Origin: a bacterium
GTDB lineage: Bacteria; Hinthialibacterota; Hinthialibacteria; Hinthialibacterales; Hinthialibacteraceae
Direction of reading: 5' to 3'
Assembly: GCA_963662285.2 (NCBI GenBank)
Contig: CAXXMV010000008.1
Location: 164,242 to 228,241, forward strand
Length of the DNA stretch: 64,000 bases
A program made the position numbers and the translations under genes. A model generated the notes under the pieces. It did not search any database, was not told the origin of the DNA, and saw only the letters and a program-made list of their open reading frames with translations. The stretch's first letter is position 1, and each line of letters begins with the position of its first letter. This document shows, piece by piece, positions 1 through 11,127 of this stretch.

Positions 1-867
1 CAAAGAAAATTGAAGCAACTGACCGACCTTGATCCCGATCAGGAGCCTCAAGGCGCCGGCCCGGTAGTCGCGCAGATCGGCGATAGAAAAATCACCCTGG
101 ATCAATTAGAGAGTGAACTGAACCAGATGCCTGATATGCAGCGCAAGCAATACGAAGCGCCTGACAAAAAGCGCGAATACCTGAAATCCAAATTATTCGA
201 AGAACTGCTTTACGACATGGCCTTACGCAAGGAATACAACAAAGACCGCGAAGTACGCCAGCAGGTGCAGCGCATTGAGAAAATGATCCTGGCCCAAAAA
301 GTGTTGCAAGAGGAAGTGACTCAAAAAATTCAAGTCTCTCAAGGCGATCTCGATCTCTATTACAAAGCCAATCCCGACGAGTTCAAGATTCCTCTGTCAC
401 TACGCATATCACACATCCAAACCGCTGATGAAGAGAAGGCCAATCAGGCCAAAAAAGCATTGGATGAGGGATTATCTTTCGCGGAAGCGGTCAACAAATT
501 CTCTGAAGATGAACGCACCAAAGCTCGCGGCGGTTCCCTGGGCGCCATCTATCAAGGCGGACAGAGCATATCCGGCATCGGATCAGTCCCTGAAATAATC
601 CAACAACTGATAACTTTGAACAAAGATGACGTCACTACTCCCATTAAAAGCGATAAGGGATTTCATATTTTCAAAATTACCGAAAAAACGCCTGAACGTC
701 AAATGCCGTTCGATGAAGTTAAATCGCAAGTTGAAGCGCGGCTCAAGCAACGCAAAGCCAGTGAACTGCAAACAGAACTGCTGCAACGTCTATTAAAAGC
801 TGAGAAGGTGAAAATTTTCGATCAATCATTGATCGATCAACAACAGACGCAGAGCAGTTCAAATTAA
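1..867 (+). CDS. Parvulin (PpiC)-type peptidyl-prolyl cis-trans isomerase, SurA/PrsA-like; 5'-partial at window edge
   Basis: Frame is open from nt 1 (track ORF 10..867 begins at an internal TTG). Helical chaperone-like N part, then parvulin core (LRISHIQ, ARGGSLGAI, DKGFHIFKITEK). No signal peptide is visible, so the true start is upstream. Confidence 0.8.
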   Translation, partial: QRKLKQLTDLDPDQEPQGAGPVVAQIGDRKITLDQLESELNQMPDMQRKQYEAPDKKREYLKSKLFEELLYDMALRKEYNKDREVRQQVQRIEKMILAQKVLQEEVTQKIQVSQGDLDLYYKANPDEFKIPLSLRISHIQTADEEKANQAKKALDEGLSFAEAVNKFSEDERTKARGGSLGAIYQGGQSISGIGSVPEIIQQLITLNKDDVTTPIKSDKGFHIFKITEKTPERQMPFDEVKSQVEARLKQRKASELQTELLQRLLKAEKVKIFDQSLIDQQQTQSSSN

Positions 868-902
868 TAAGCCGTATATACAAGACGCCAAAAGAAAATA
901 AC

Positions 903-1991
903 ATGACCACTAGTTTTCTCTTTTACGCCATAATAACGCTAAGCGCGATAGCCCAGACGCCGACCAACGCAACAGCGCCTATTGCAGTTCAAATCAATTC
1001 TGCAACCGCTATCGCTGATCCAGGCATTTCTTCAGCCGTTATCGCTGATCATCTGGTTCCAACCATTGAAACCAGAGTCGACCGCAGCGAGATGCTGATC
1101 GGAGACGTCTTTCATTTGACTATCTCCATCACCCGCGACCCAAGCATCCAGGTAATTCAAAGCGGCGCAGACCTCGATCTGGGTCAATTCACCATCAAAG
1201 AGATCAATCCCGGCAATGATGAAAAACTGGATAACGGTAAAATCAAACAGACCGTGGATTATCAGTTATCCACCTTTTTCACAGGTGAATTTGAAATCCC
1301 CGCTTTCGATATCCTCTTTCACGACGAAAACGGCGCTCAGGGAACCTTACGTACTGCACCCATCAAAATCACCGTGCGCAGTTTGACCCCTGAGGAATCG
1401 GAAGACCTCGACATCAGAGACATCAAAGAGCCGGTTCTGATCGATGGCCCCAGCCGCATGTGGATCATTTGGACTTCTTTAATATCGCTTATCGCGCTAA
1501 TCCTTCTGATCTATTTCGTGCGGCGTTATTTAAATAATAAAAAGAAAATCATCCCAGACGAACCGCCCCTGCCGCCTCATCTGGAAGCTTATCAGGCATT
1601 ACAAGCATTGCGGGAAAACCGCGATTGGCTGGAGCAACGGGATTACGAATTCTTTTCAACGAAGGTCAGCGAAATAATCCGTCGATACACATCCCGCCGT
1701 TGGATCATTAACGCCCTGGATGAAACATCCGACGAGATCATGATGGAACTGAAAAACATCAATCTCTCTAATGATATTATCATCAGTTTTTTCAATTTAT
1801 TTGGAGACTGTGATTTAATGAAGTTCGCTAAACACCAACTGCCCTTAGATGAGTTGGAAGGACTGATCGATCAAGCCAAAAGCATCGTCGATCATACCTG
1901 CGAAACCTCAGAAGATATTGTAGATTCATCGGAAAATAAAGACACACCGGAACAAAAAGTAGAACCGGTAGAACCTGTAGACGAGGCGTAA
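903..1991 (+). CDS. BatD-like / DUF4381-like membrane protein (short BatD paralogue)
   Basis: Signal peptide, BatD-type periplasmic beta domain (VDRSEMLIGDVFHLTISI), one TM (MWIIWTSLISLIALILLIYFV). The cytoplasmic tail (PPHLEAYQALQAL...RRYTSRRW...DETSDEIMMEL) parallels the tail of the 621-aa BatD. The stop directly abuts the next start (TAA-ATG). Confidence 0.6.
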   Translation: MTTSFLFYAIITLSAIAQTPTNATAPIAVQINSATAIADPGISSAVIADHLVPTIETRVDRSEMLIGDVFHLTISITRDPSIQVIQSGADLDLGQFTIKEINPGNDEKLDNGKIKQTVDYQLSTFFTGEFEIPAFDILFHDENGAQGTLRTAPIKITVRSLTPEESEDLDIRDIKEPVLIDGPSRMWIIWTSLISLIALILLIYFVRRYLNNKKKIIPDEPPLPPHLEAYQALQALRENRDWLEQRDYEFFSTKVSEIIRRYTSRRWIINALDETSDEIMMELKNINLSNDIIISFFNLFGDCDLMKFAKHQLPLDELEGLIDQAKSIVDHTCETSEDIVDSSENKDTPEQKVEPVEPVDEA

Positions 1992-3011
1992 ATGCGATTT
2001 GCTTACCAAGGTTACTTACTGCTGCTTCTGATCATCCCAATCCTGGCGTGGCGCTTTCGGCGGCGCGGCAGTGGAGCGCCATTGATCTATTCGGATATCA
2101 GCCGCATCAAAAAGATATTCGGAGTGCGCGGCGCCCGACGGCCTGTCACCCATAAGATACGCCATCTGCTGGCCTATTTACGCTTTGTCGTACTGGCCTT
2201 GTTTATCCTGGCGTTGGCCAGACCGCAGGCCGAACTGATCAGCAGCCAGATATACACTGAAGGCATCGACATCATGCTGACCGTCGATGTATCTAACAGC
2301 ATGGTGTTGATCGACATCGATATGGCTCAACGCCGCACGCGGTTAGATGTCACCAAGGAAGTCGTGCAATCTTTCGTGGAGGGACGTTCCAACGACCGCA
2401 TTGGTATGACCGTCTTCGCCACCGACGCTTTCCTGCAATGCCCCCTGACCGTCGATTACGGCATCGTCAAGAATTTCCTGTCTGAAATTAAACTGGAAAT
2501 GATCCCCGGCAACAGCACCGCCATCGGCAACGCCATCGCCTCTTCGCTCAACCGCTTGCGTCATACCGAAGCCAAATCAAAGGTCATTATTCTAATCACT
2601 GACGGCGCCAGCAATTCCGGCGAAATTGATCCACTCACCGCCGCCGAGATGGCTAAAGCAATGGGAGTAAAAATTCACGCCATCGGCATCGGTGGAACCG
2701 GCGTTCCCTTCATCATGCAAAACGACCTGCTCTTCGGGCAGCACATGCGCAAAGTTCCCCAGGCCGAACGAATCGATGAAACAACTCTCAAAAAAATCGC
2801 TGAAACCACCGACGGCAAGTACTTCCGCGCCGCCAACACCGAGCAATTTAACGAGATATTTAAATCTATCGATAAGATGGAAAAAAGCAATATTCAGACC
2901 CAGGGCAGCCGGCGTTACCGTGAACTGTTTTACTGGTTCCTCATTCCGGCGCTACTCCTGTTGTTGATTGAATTGATATTATCGCAAACGCGATTCAGGA
3001 AACTGCCATGA
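1992..3011 (+). CDS. batA: von Willebrand A domain aerotolerance protein BatA
   Basis: N-terminal TM segments, VWA domain with MIDAS DxSxS (DVSNSM), C-terminal TM. 4-nt ATGA overlap with the next gene. Position in a bat-type operon. Confidence 0.75.
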   Translation: MRFAYQGYLLLLLIIPILAWRFRRRGSGAPLIYSDISRIKKIFGVRGARRPVTHKIRHLLAYLRFVVLALFILALARPQAELISSQIYTEGIDIMLTVDVSNSMVLIDIDMAQRRTRLDVTKEVVQSFVEGRSNDRIGMTVFATDAFLQCPLTVDYGIVKNFLSEIKLEMIPGNSTAIGNAIASSLNRLRHTEAKSKVIILITDGASNSGEIDPLTAAEMAKAMGVKIHAIGIGGTGVPFIMQNDLLFGQHMRKVPQAERIDETTLKKIAETTDGKYFRAANTEQFNEIFKSIDKMEKSNIQTQGSRRYRELFYWFLIPALLLLLIELILSQTRFRKLP

Positions 3012-4066
3012 GATTTGGAGCGCATGAATTCTTAAACACTCTTTGGCTATTGATACCGCTGGCTCTATTCCTGCGCTGGGCGTGGAAACAACGCCTGCTG
3101 GCGTTGGAGCGCTTCGGCAATAAAGAGCTGGTGTCGCGCCTCATGGAAGGCGTCAGCCGCAAAAAACAGAAGGTGCGTCTATCGCTGCTCTTCTTCGTTT
3201 TCGCCCTATCGCTGGTCGCTCTTTCCCGCCCGCTATGGGGACAGAAAGAACAAACCGTCGTATCGCGCGGACACGATATAATCATAGCCCTGGACGTATC
3301 GCGCAGTATGCTGGCTGAAGATATCAAACCAAACCGCCTGGCCAAAGCCAAGCATGAAATCGCCGCCTTGTTTGATAAACTGGAAGGCAACCGCATCGGG
3401 CTTATTGTCTTCGCTGGAGACGCTTTCGTGCAATGTCCGCTTACCCTGGATTATGCAGCGGCCAAGATTCTCTTAAGCGAGGTGGACGTCGGATCCGTCC
3501 CGGTTCCCGGCACGGCTATTTCCAAAGCCATAAACAAATCAGTCGAATCGTTCCCTCCCGGAGACCGGGAATCACGGGTGGTCATTCTTATCACCGATGG
3601 CGAAGATACAGAGGAAGACGCCAAGGCAGCTGCGGAAGCCGCCGAAAAAGAAGGCGTCATGATTTACGCCATCGGCATCGGCGATCCCTTCGGCGTTCCC
3701 ATTCCCCTTCGGGATGATTCCGGCGCCTTACGCGAATACATTAAAGATAGTGAAGGCAACGCCGTCACTAGTAAATTGGATGAAACATCTCTGCGCGCTG
3801 TATGCCTCACCACTGGAGGCGCTTATTACCGGGTCCGGGCGGATTCGCTGCAACTGGACGATATATACAATCACATGGAGCAACGCCGTCAGGAACGGCT
3901 GCTGCATTCTCAGTTCATCACCCAATTCGAAGAGCGTTTTCAATATTTTCTGCTGCCCGCGCTGGTTCTGCTTATGATCGAAATGATGCTTACAGACCGT
4001 AAACGAACCGTGACGCGCAGCGTTGGAGGATTCAGCCATAACGAGATTGAACAGAATAGGCTCTAG
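3008..4066 (+). CDS. batB: von Willebrand A domain aerotolerance protein BatB
   Basis: Same architecture as BatA, MIDAS DVSRSM, VILITDGED, C-terminal TM. Translationally coupled to batA. Confidence 0.75.
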   Translation: MRFGAHEFLNTLWLLIPLALFLRWAWKQRLLALERFGNKELVSRLMEGVSRKKQKVRLSLLFFVFALSLVALSRPLWGQKEQTVVSRGHDIIIALDVSRSMLAEDIKPNRLAKAKHEIAALFDKLEGNRIGLIVFAGDAFVQCPLTLDYAAAKILLSEVDVGSVPVPGTAISKAINKSVESFPPGDRESRVVILITDGEDTEEDAKAAAEAAEKEGVMIYAIGIGDPFGVPIPLRDDSGALREYIKDSEGNAVTSKLDETSLRAVCLTTGGAYYRVRADSLQLDDIYNHMEQRRQERLLHSQFITQFEERFQYFLLPALVLLMIEMMLTDRKRTVTRSVGGFSHNEIEQNRL

Positions 4067-4261
4067 GTCTATCTGATAAGATACGATTGTTGAGATACAA
4101 TCCTAAATGTGTTTTGGATTTGATTAGGTGGTTCTTTGGCGGGTCGATAAAACTGACCCACCCTACGCGTGGGAAACAATGTAGGGCGCGCCCCTCGTGG
4201 GCGCCCGGTATCACCAAAAACTAGGTAAAAACGCAATCATACATATTAACAGGATATAATC

Positions 4262-5065
4262 ATGAAAAGTATCACCAAAATCTTCCTCCTAGCAATATTG
4301 ATTGGCTGTCAGGTCGCCTGGATCAATCCCCTGCGCGACCAAGTTAAAAAAGCTAACCAGGTCTATAGCGAAGAAAAGTATCAGGAAGCGATCCAGTTAT
4401 ATACCGACATCGCCGCCACCTACGCTCCCGAATCCAAAGAACTGCATTTCAATATAGGCGATTCGTGGTTCAGACAGGAAGATTACGATAAATCTATTGA
4501 GGAATATCAAAAAGTGGTCGGCGCCAGTGATGAGAAGTTTGAAGCCCTGGCCCACTATAACATCGGCAACGCCCAGTTCCGCAAAGAGGATTATCAAAAA
4601 GCCATTGAATCATACATCTACTCTCTGAAACTCAATCCAACAGATGAAGACGCCAAATACAATCTCGAAGTCGCCCGGCGCAAACTGAAAGAACAGATAG
4701 ATAAAAATAAACAGCAGCAAGACCAACAGGATCAACAACAGCAAAACAAGAATGATCAAAAACAGGATCAACAGAAACAAAACCAACCACAAGACCAACA
4801 GCAAGAACAAGAACAAAAACAAGACGAACAACAGGATAAAAACGAAGAACAGCAGCAACAACAGCAGCAAGAACAAAAAGATCAGGATCAAAAGCAGCAA
4901 CAGGAACAACAGCAACCCAGCGATGAACAACCGCGTCAGGAAATGACCAAGGAACAGGCCATGCAGTTGCTCAATAACCTGGAAGACGACGAAAAAGAGA
5001 AGCGCAAGGAATTCAAGCGACGTCCTCCGGTCAATGGCGGGCGCCGGACGGATAAAGACTGGTAG
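4262..5065 (+). CDS. batC: TPR protein BatC with Q/D/E/K low-complexity tail
   Basis: Signal peptide, TPR units (YNIGNAQFRKEDYQKAIESYIYSLKLNP), long polar low-complexity C-terminal half. Operon position between batB and batD. Confidence 0.7.
   Translation: MKSITKIFLLAILIGCQVAWINPLRDQVKKANQVYSEEKYQEAIQLYTDIAATYAPESKELHFNIGDSWFRQEDYDKSIEEYQKVVGASDEKFEALAHYNIGNAQFRKEDYQKAIESYIYSLKLNPTDEDAKYNLEVARRKLKEQIDKNKQQQDQQDQQQQNKNDQKQDQQKQNQPQDQQQEQEQKQDEQQDKNEEQQQQQQQEQKDQDQKQQQEQQQPSDEQPRQEMTKEQAMQLLNNLEDDEKEKRKEFKRRPPVNGGRRTDKDW
4703..4930 (+). repeat. Low-complexity CAA/CAG/GAT-rich coding tract (poly Q/D/E/K) inside batC
   Basis: Residues ~148-223 of BatC are almost only Q, D, E, K, N. The tract generates spurious ORFs on the opposite strand and in another frame. 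Confidence 0.85.
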
Positions 5066-5077
5066 GAGAGAAGAAAG

Positions 5078-6943
5078 TTGAACAGCGGTTATTCATACAT
5101 CCAGTTTTTCCCTCATACGATACGCAACGCTGTCGTTGCTTGCGCTATCCTTATGCTTTGCGCTTTGCACGCTTCCGCTGAGATCAAGGTCGCAATAGAA
5201 GTTGAAAAACAAGTCCTCCGCGTTGGCGAACAGACTCGAATGGCGCTATCAGTGGTTACTGATGGAGAACGCATCCAGCAAGAACCTTCCACGCCATCCT
5301 TGGACGGACTTAATTTCGTTTTCGTGAATTCCAATCAAGGTTCCCGTTTTGAATTCATTAACGGACGATCAAAAACCAGTTATGAATATACTTTTATTTA
5401 CGATATTTTCGCTGTCAAAGAAGGTAAATTCACGGTAGACAATATCAGTATTTCTTCTGATTCCGGCTCGGTAAAAGCAAAATCTTTCGAGATCACTGTT
5501 TTTCCGGGCGCCAAACCGATTCCCACCCGCGCCCCGTCTCTCACTGCGCCTCAAGGAACCGACAGCATCAATATCTACCTCCTTTCTGATTCCAGCAAAA
5601 AAGAAGTATACCAAGGCGAGGAATTAGTCCTTTCATATGATGCGGTATACCATCAGAAATGGCGCAGCTGGTTTGAATCGGCTATCCAAAGAAACCGCGA
5701 TTACGCCATCTTTCATGAGGAACGCGGCGCCCTGAAGAATTTCTTATCCGAACCGGTCAATCTGAAATTCACCACTGGACCAAAACCGGTTCGCATGGCT
5801 GGCAACCGCGACCTTTTCTTCCAGAAACCTCTGATCCGCTATGTTCTTTTCCCGTTAACTCCAGGCGATTATTCCTTGAGTCCGCTGTCAGTCGAATTCA
5901 GAGTGCTGCTCAATCGCATGAACACTACGCCATTCAATGTTCAACCGGATCCATTGAATATAAAAGTCAAACCTCTACCCGATGAGGGTAAGCCCGATAT
6001 TTTCAAAGGCGCGGTAGGTTCATTCACTATAAAAGCGCAGGCCGAACCTCTCGAATTATCTGAAGGCGAGACGGTTACCCTGAAAATATCTTTGGATGGA
6101 TTAGGCAATATAAAAAATGCTCCCAAACCTATTCTGCCCGATCTATCTAATTTCGACCAATTCGATCCTACTCACAACGAGAGCATTGTCGTTAATGAGA
6201 ATGGCATGAGAGGCAGCATCGAATATTCTCACGTTCTCATACCTCACGACCAAAACGCTGACCAGATTGATCCCGTCAAATTCGCTTATTTTGATCCCAA
6301 TCAGGAAAAATATATCGTTATTCAAACAAACCCGATCACCTTGACCATTCATCCCTCCTCCAGCAAAGATGCATCCAGCGGCCGGATGGCTTTCAACCGC
6401 CGCTTGATAACCCGAGTCGGAGAAGATTTTCGTTTTATCGCCACCACTCCGGCGGCCATTTCAAACATTGTTTTATCGATTCATAAATCATTGCGCTTCT
6501 GGCTTATTGTGCTTTTGCCGGTTCTTCTTCTTGCTTTGGCAATGGCGCTAAAATGGCAGCGCGATTATCTGACCGCCCGGCCCAACGTCGCCAAAAGCTT
6601 AAAAGCTCCCAAACTGGCCAGAAAATTACTTACCGACGCCCGGAAATCTCTGGAGCAGAACGATTCCCAGGCGGTTTACGTATATTTAGGCAAAGCCATC
6701 ACCGATTTTATCTCTAACCGCTGGAGCCTGGCCTGCGTCGGCATGACCAGCCTGGAATTAAAAGAGGCATTACAAAAAAAAGGCATCCCGGATAACCACA
6801 TCATTTCCATCACGCAAATGCTGGATGAATTTGACGGCGCCCGCTTTTCCGGAGCGCTGCAAGACCAGCAGCGCATCCATGACGATTACGCCAAAACTGA
6901 AGAATTATTAAGCCAATTAATGAAAATCAAAACAACTATCTAA
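5078..6943 (+). CDS. batD: BatD (oxygen-tolerance family) membrane protein
   Basis: TTG start 7 nt after AGGAGAG. Signal peptide, repeated Ig-like BatD domains, TM (FWLIVLLPVLLLALAMAL), helical cytoplasmic tail. Confidence 0.75.
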   Translation: MNSGYSYIQFFPHTIRNAVVACAILMLCALHASAEIKVAIEVEKQVLRVGEQTRMALSVVTDGERIQQEPSTPSLDGLNFVFVNSNQGSRFEFINGRSKTSYEYTFIYDIFAVKEGKFTVDNISISSDSGSVKAKSFEITVFPGAKPIPTRAPSLTAPQGTDSINIYLLSDSSKKEVYQGEELVLSYDAVYHQKWRSWFESAIQRNRDYAIFHEERGALKNFLSEPVNLKFTTGPKPVRMAGNRDLFFQKPLIRYVLFPLTPGDYSLSPLSVEFRVLLNRMNTTPFNVQPDPLNIKVKPLPDEGKPDIFKGAVGSFTIKAQAEPLELSEGETVTLKISLDGLGNIKNAPKPILPDLSNFDQFDPTHNESIVVNENGMRGSIEYSHVLIPHDQNADQIDPVKFAYFDPNQEKYIVIQTNPITLTIHPSSSKDASSGRMAFNRRLITRVGEDFRFIATTPAAISNIVLSIHKSLRFWLIVLLPVLLLALAMALKWQRDYLTARPNVAKSLKAPKLARKLLTDARKSLEQNDSQAVYVYLGKAITDFISNRWSLACVGMTSLELKEALQKKGIPDNHIISITQMLDEFDGARFSGALQDQQRIHDDYAKTEELLSQLMKIKTTI

Positions 6944-6955
6944 AGGAGAACGGCT

Positions 6956-7783
6956 GTGAAATCAATACTAAAAACATCATCCATAATCGCCGCTTTCCTC
7001 ATTGTCACTATTAGTATTGCCTTAAGCGCAGAGCAAACAGCGGCGCCGGTTCTGACGCCCGGCTATTCACCCGAACTTGATATAAACGGCGTATTTGAAC
7101 AAGCCAACGAATTTTACCGTAACGGCGACCTGACCAAGGCCTTGGCGGGCTACCAATATCTTACGGCGCTAGGAATAAAAAACGGCTATCTATTTTATAA
7201 TCTGGGCAACTCCTATTTCCGTGAAGGCAACCTGGGATCAGCAATATTGTGGTACGAAAGAGCGCTGCGATACCTTCCCCGCTTCCATGATCTTAACATT
7301 AACTATCAATATGCCCGTAATATATTAGCTGACGAGGAATTCCAGGCGCCCGAATACAGCGGGACGCTAGGCTTTTTAATCAATATCCATCAACAATTCA
7401 ATCTCCGTGAATGTCTTTTAATCACCGGCATTTTATTATGGATATTCCTTGCTATAATGATTATTCGCATGTTTCTAAACAACCAATCCTTCCGCTCACG
7501 GCTTTCCATCCCTTGTTGGGTAGTAGGGTTTGCGTTTATAATTTTCTTTTCATCCTCCGTTTTTAAAGTATATCAACATGAATCAATCAGACAGGCCATT
7601 GTCATGGCTCCTGCGGTTGAAGTAAAAACGGGTCCGGGAAATGATTTTTCCACATCTTTCTCTCTTCACGAAGGAACCAAAGTCAAGTTGCTTCAAGATC
7701 AGGGAGATTGGGTGCGGGTTATCTTACCCGGCAATACAACCTTCACTGGTTGGATGCTGAGATCCACGGTTGAGACAATCTGA
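6956..7783 (+). CDS. batE: BatE-like TPR + SH3b membrane protein
   Basis: GTG start after AAGGAG. Signal peptide, TPR (YNLGNSYFREGNLGSAILWYERAL), two TMs, C-terminal SH3b-like segment (GTKVKLLQDQGDWVRVILPG). Confidence 0.7.
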   Translation: MKSILKTSSIIAAFLIVTISIALSAEQTAAPVLTPGYSPELDINGVFEQANEFYRNGDLTKALAGYQYLTALGIKNGYLFYNLGNSYFREGNLGSAILWYERALRYLPRFHDLNINYQYARNILADEEFQAPEYSGTLGFLINIHQQFNLRECLLITGILLWIFLAIMIIRMFLNNQSFRSRLSIPCWVVGFAFIIFFSSSVFKVYQHESIRQAIVMAPAVEVKTGPGNDFSTSFSLHEGTKVKLLQDQGDWVRVILPGNTTFTGWMLRSTVETI

Positions 7784-7879
7784 TATTTTTCAGATAAGTA
7801 TTTAGTTTAATATTACTTATTAATAGAAATCATCCCTATTTAGGGAATAAAATATTTCCACATTAGATTCAGATATTGA

Positions 7880-9508
<1,629 letters not shown>

Positions 9509-9536
9509 TTCATTCAGCGATCAGACGAACAACACC

Positions 9537-9570
9537 AACGACCCGTGGGTATCTACGGGTCGTTTTATTT
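9537..9570 (+). terminator. Rho-independent terminator of groEL
   Basis: AACGACCCGT - 8-nt loop - ACGGGTCGTT followed by TTATTT, 29 nt after the groEL stop. Confidence 0.7.
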
Positions 9571-9665
9571 CTCAACAGCCTATTCTGGTCAGCTGCGCCT
9601 TTGGCATCCTGTTCTGGATATACCGCTCCCAGTTCTATTCCGGCGATGGAGACCAACTGACCCGT

Positions 9666-10925
9666 ATGGTCGAAGCGGGACACGTACTCGTCAAAACCGA
9701 GTTGGCCTCGCAAGCGATCTTCCAAGCCGTATACCAAATCCTCAAACACTTTCATTGGGATGGATTCAGCGTCATCAACCTGGTTTCCTGCATCGCCGGC
9801 GCATTCTCTATATGGGTGCTGATAATATTCAACCGCGACTTCATCAAAATTAATCCCCTATGGACATTAGCCCTATTCTCTTCCTGCGGCCTGTTTCTTT
9901 TTTGCACGGGACATACCGAATACTACACCATGTTCCTCATCATGCTGTTCTACTACGGTTATGCCGGAGTGGGTTATTTACGCGGCGGCATTTCCAGCCG
10001 ACATGCCGCCTTAGCCTTTTCCGGCGCGGCCTGGATGCATCTGGGCATCATGTTCGCCTTGCCTTCATTACTGCTGTTGCCACTGCTTAAAAAACAATGG
10101 AAAGACTACGTAGGAATTGGAGTTGGCTTGCTGTTGACCGTGGCCGCTTTCTTTTTCAAAGACCATTCAGAGGTGCTGGGCATTGATGTGTTAGGCCTTT
10201 CGCCATCCAGCAATTTCATACCGTTCTTTGAAGATCCCAGCGAGTCGCGTTTTTATTTGATGTTCCAATTAGGGCATTATATTGATTACATCTATGCCTG
10301 GACCATTAGATCATGGATTTTCTGGCCAGTCATTCTATGGTGCGTAGCCTTATTCGGATTGCGTAGCTTATGGCGCCCCGAACGGTTATTCCTATTAACC
10401 TACACTCTATGCTTCACCTTCTTCACTTTCGTCTGGCACCCCAACCTGGGCATCAATCAGGATTGGGACCTCTTCGCTATAGAATCAGCCCCCTGCCTGC
10501 TGCTGGTGATGACATACCTCCCCCCCCTGCTGAGCAGCCAGTTCCGCCGCATAACCCTGGCTATCCCGTTAATTGCGTCGTCATTGATAATCTATTCCCA
10601 GATCATGACCGAAGCCCATTTCGAACACCGGGCCTATGGCAGCGTCAATATCGATCTTTCCGAAGCAGTTCCTAATCAGATTAATCTCAATGGACACCTC
10701 AAGAAACTCCACAATCCCGCCGTACGCGAAGGCGCCTATGAATGCCGCATCCGAGACCTGCGCAATATGAAAGCCCACATCTTTTATCTACACGTGGCCC
10801 CCGAAAGCGAAACACGCTTTCCATTCCTGGTCGGGCCAGATCAAGGCACCGGCGCCCCGGATAACCGCAACGATGCCAACTACCAAACCTGGCGCGATCA
10901 CGTTGAAAACGAATACGCTCAGTAA
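9666..10925 (+). CDS. Polytopic membrane protein (possibly GT-C/DUF2723-like); start uncertain
   Basis: About 9-10 hydrophobic helices. The track ORF starts at 9453 inside groEL and reads through the groEL terminator, so the first in-frame ATG after the terminator is used. An N-terminal TM (ILVSCAFGILFWIY) upstream of 9666 may belong to the protein if a non-ATG start is used. Confidence 0.45.
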   Translation: MVEAGHVLVKTELASQAIFQAVYQILKHFHWDGFSVINLVSCIAGAFSIWVLIIFNRDFIKINPLWTLALFSSCGLFLFCTGHTEYYTMFLIMLFYYGYAGVGYLRGGISSRHAALAFSGAAWMHLGIMFALPSLLLLPLLKKQWKDYVGIGVGLLLTVAAFFFKDHSEVLGIDVLGLSPSSNFIPFFEDPSESRFYLMFQLGHYIDYIYAWTIRSWIFWPVILWCVALFGLRSLWRPERLFLLTYTLCFTFFTFVWHPNLGINQDWDLFAIESAPCLLLVMTYLPPLLSSQFRRITLAIPLIASSLIIYSQIMTEAHFEHRAYGSVNIDLSEAVPNQINLNGHLKKLHNPAVREGAYECRIRDLRNMKAHIFYLHVAPESETRFPFLVGPDQGTGAPDNRNDANYQTWRDHVENEYAQ

Positions 10926-11080
10926 ATATCATTTATTCCTTAACTTTGGATTAATTTGTAGTGTCATAAGTAAACTCTAAAGGTAAGACCGTAATACGGT
11001 CAGTTCTCGGCGCCCGACTGGAGGTATATGGCATTATCTGATTATTCTATTGACAAAGGAGTACACATCATTGACAATTC

Positions 11081-11104
11081 TGTAATGCTGAATACAGCAT
11101 TACA
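11081..11104. promoter_or_regulatory. Perfect 10-bp inverted repeat (TGTAATGCTG-AATA-CAGCATTACA) in the leader of the next gene
   Basis: Read directly. Lies 24 nt upstream of the ATG at 11128 and just downstream of two TTGACA hexamers (11050, 11071). Confidence 0.3.
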
Positions 11105-11127
11105 CTAAAGCAATGGGGAGAAATACA

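Noticed and set aside
4032-4217. 61-aa minus-strand ORF in the batB-batC spacer
   Set aside because: It reads through the GC-rich hairpin element (GAHEGRALH pattern) and has no RBS.
4610-4946. 106-aa minus-strand and 64-aa plus-strand ORFs inside batC
   Set aside because: They are generated by the CAA/CAG low-complexity tract. Their products are poly-L/F or poly-N/K nonsense and overlap a well-supported operon gene.
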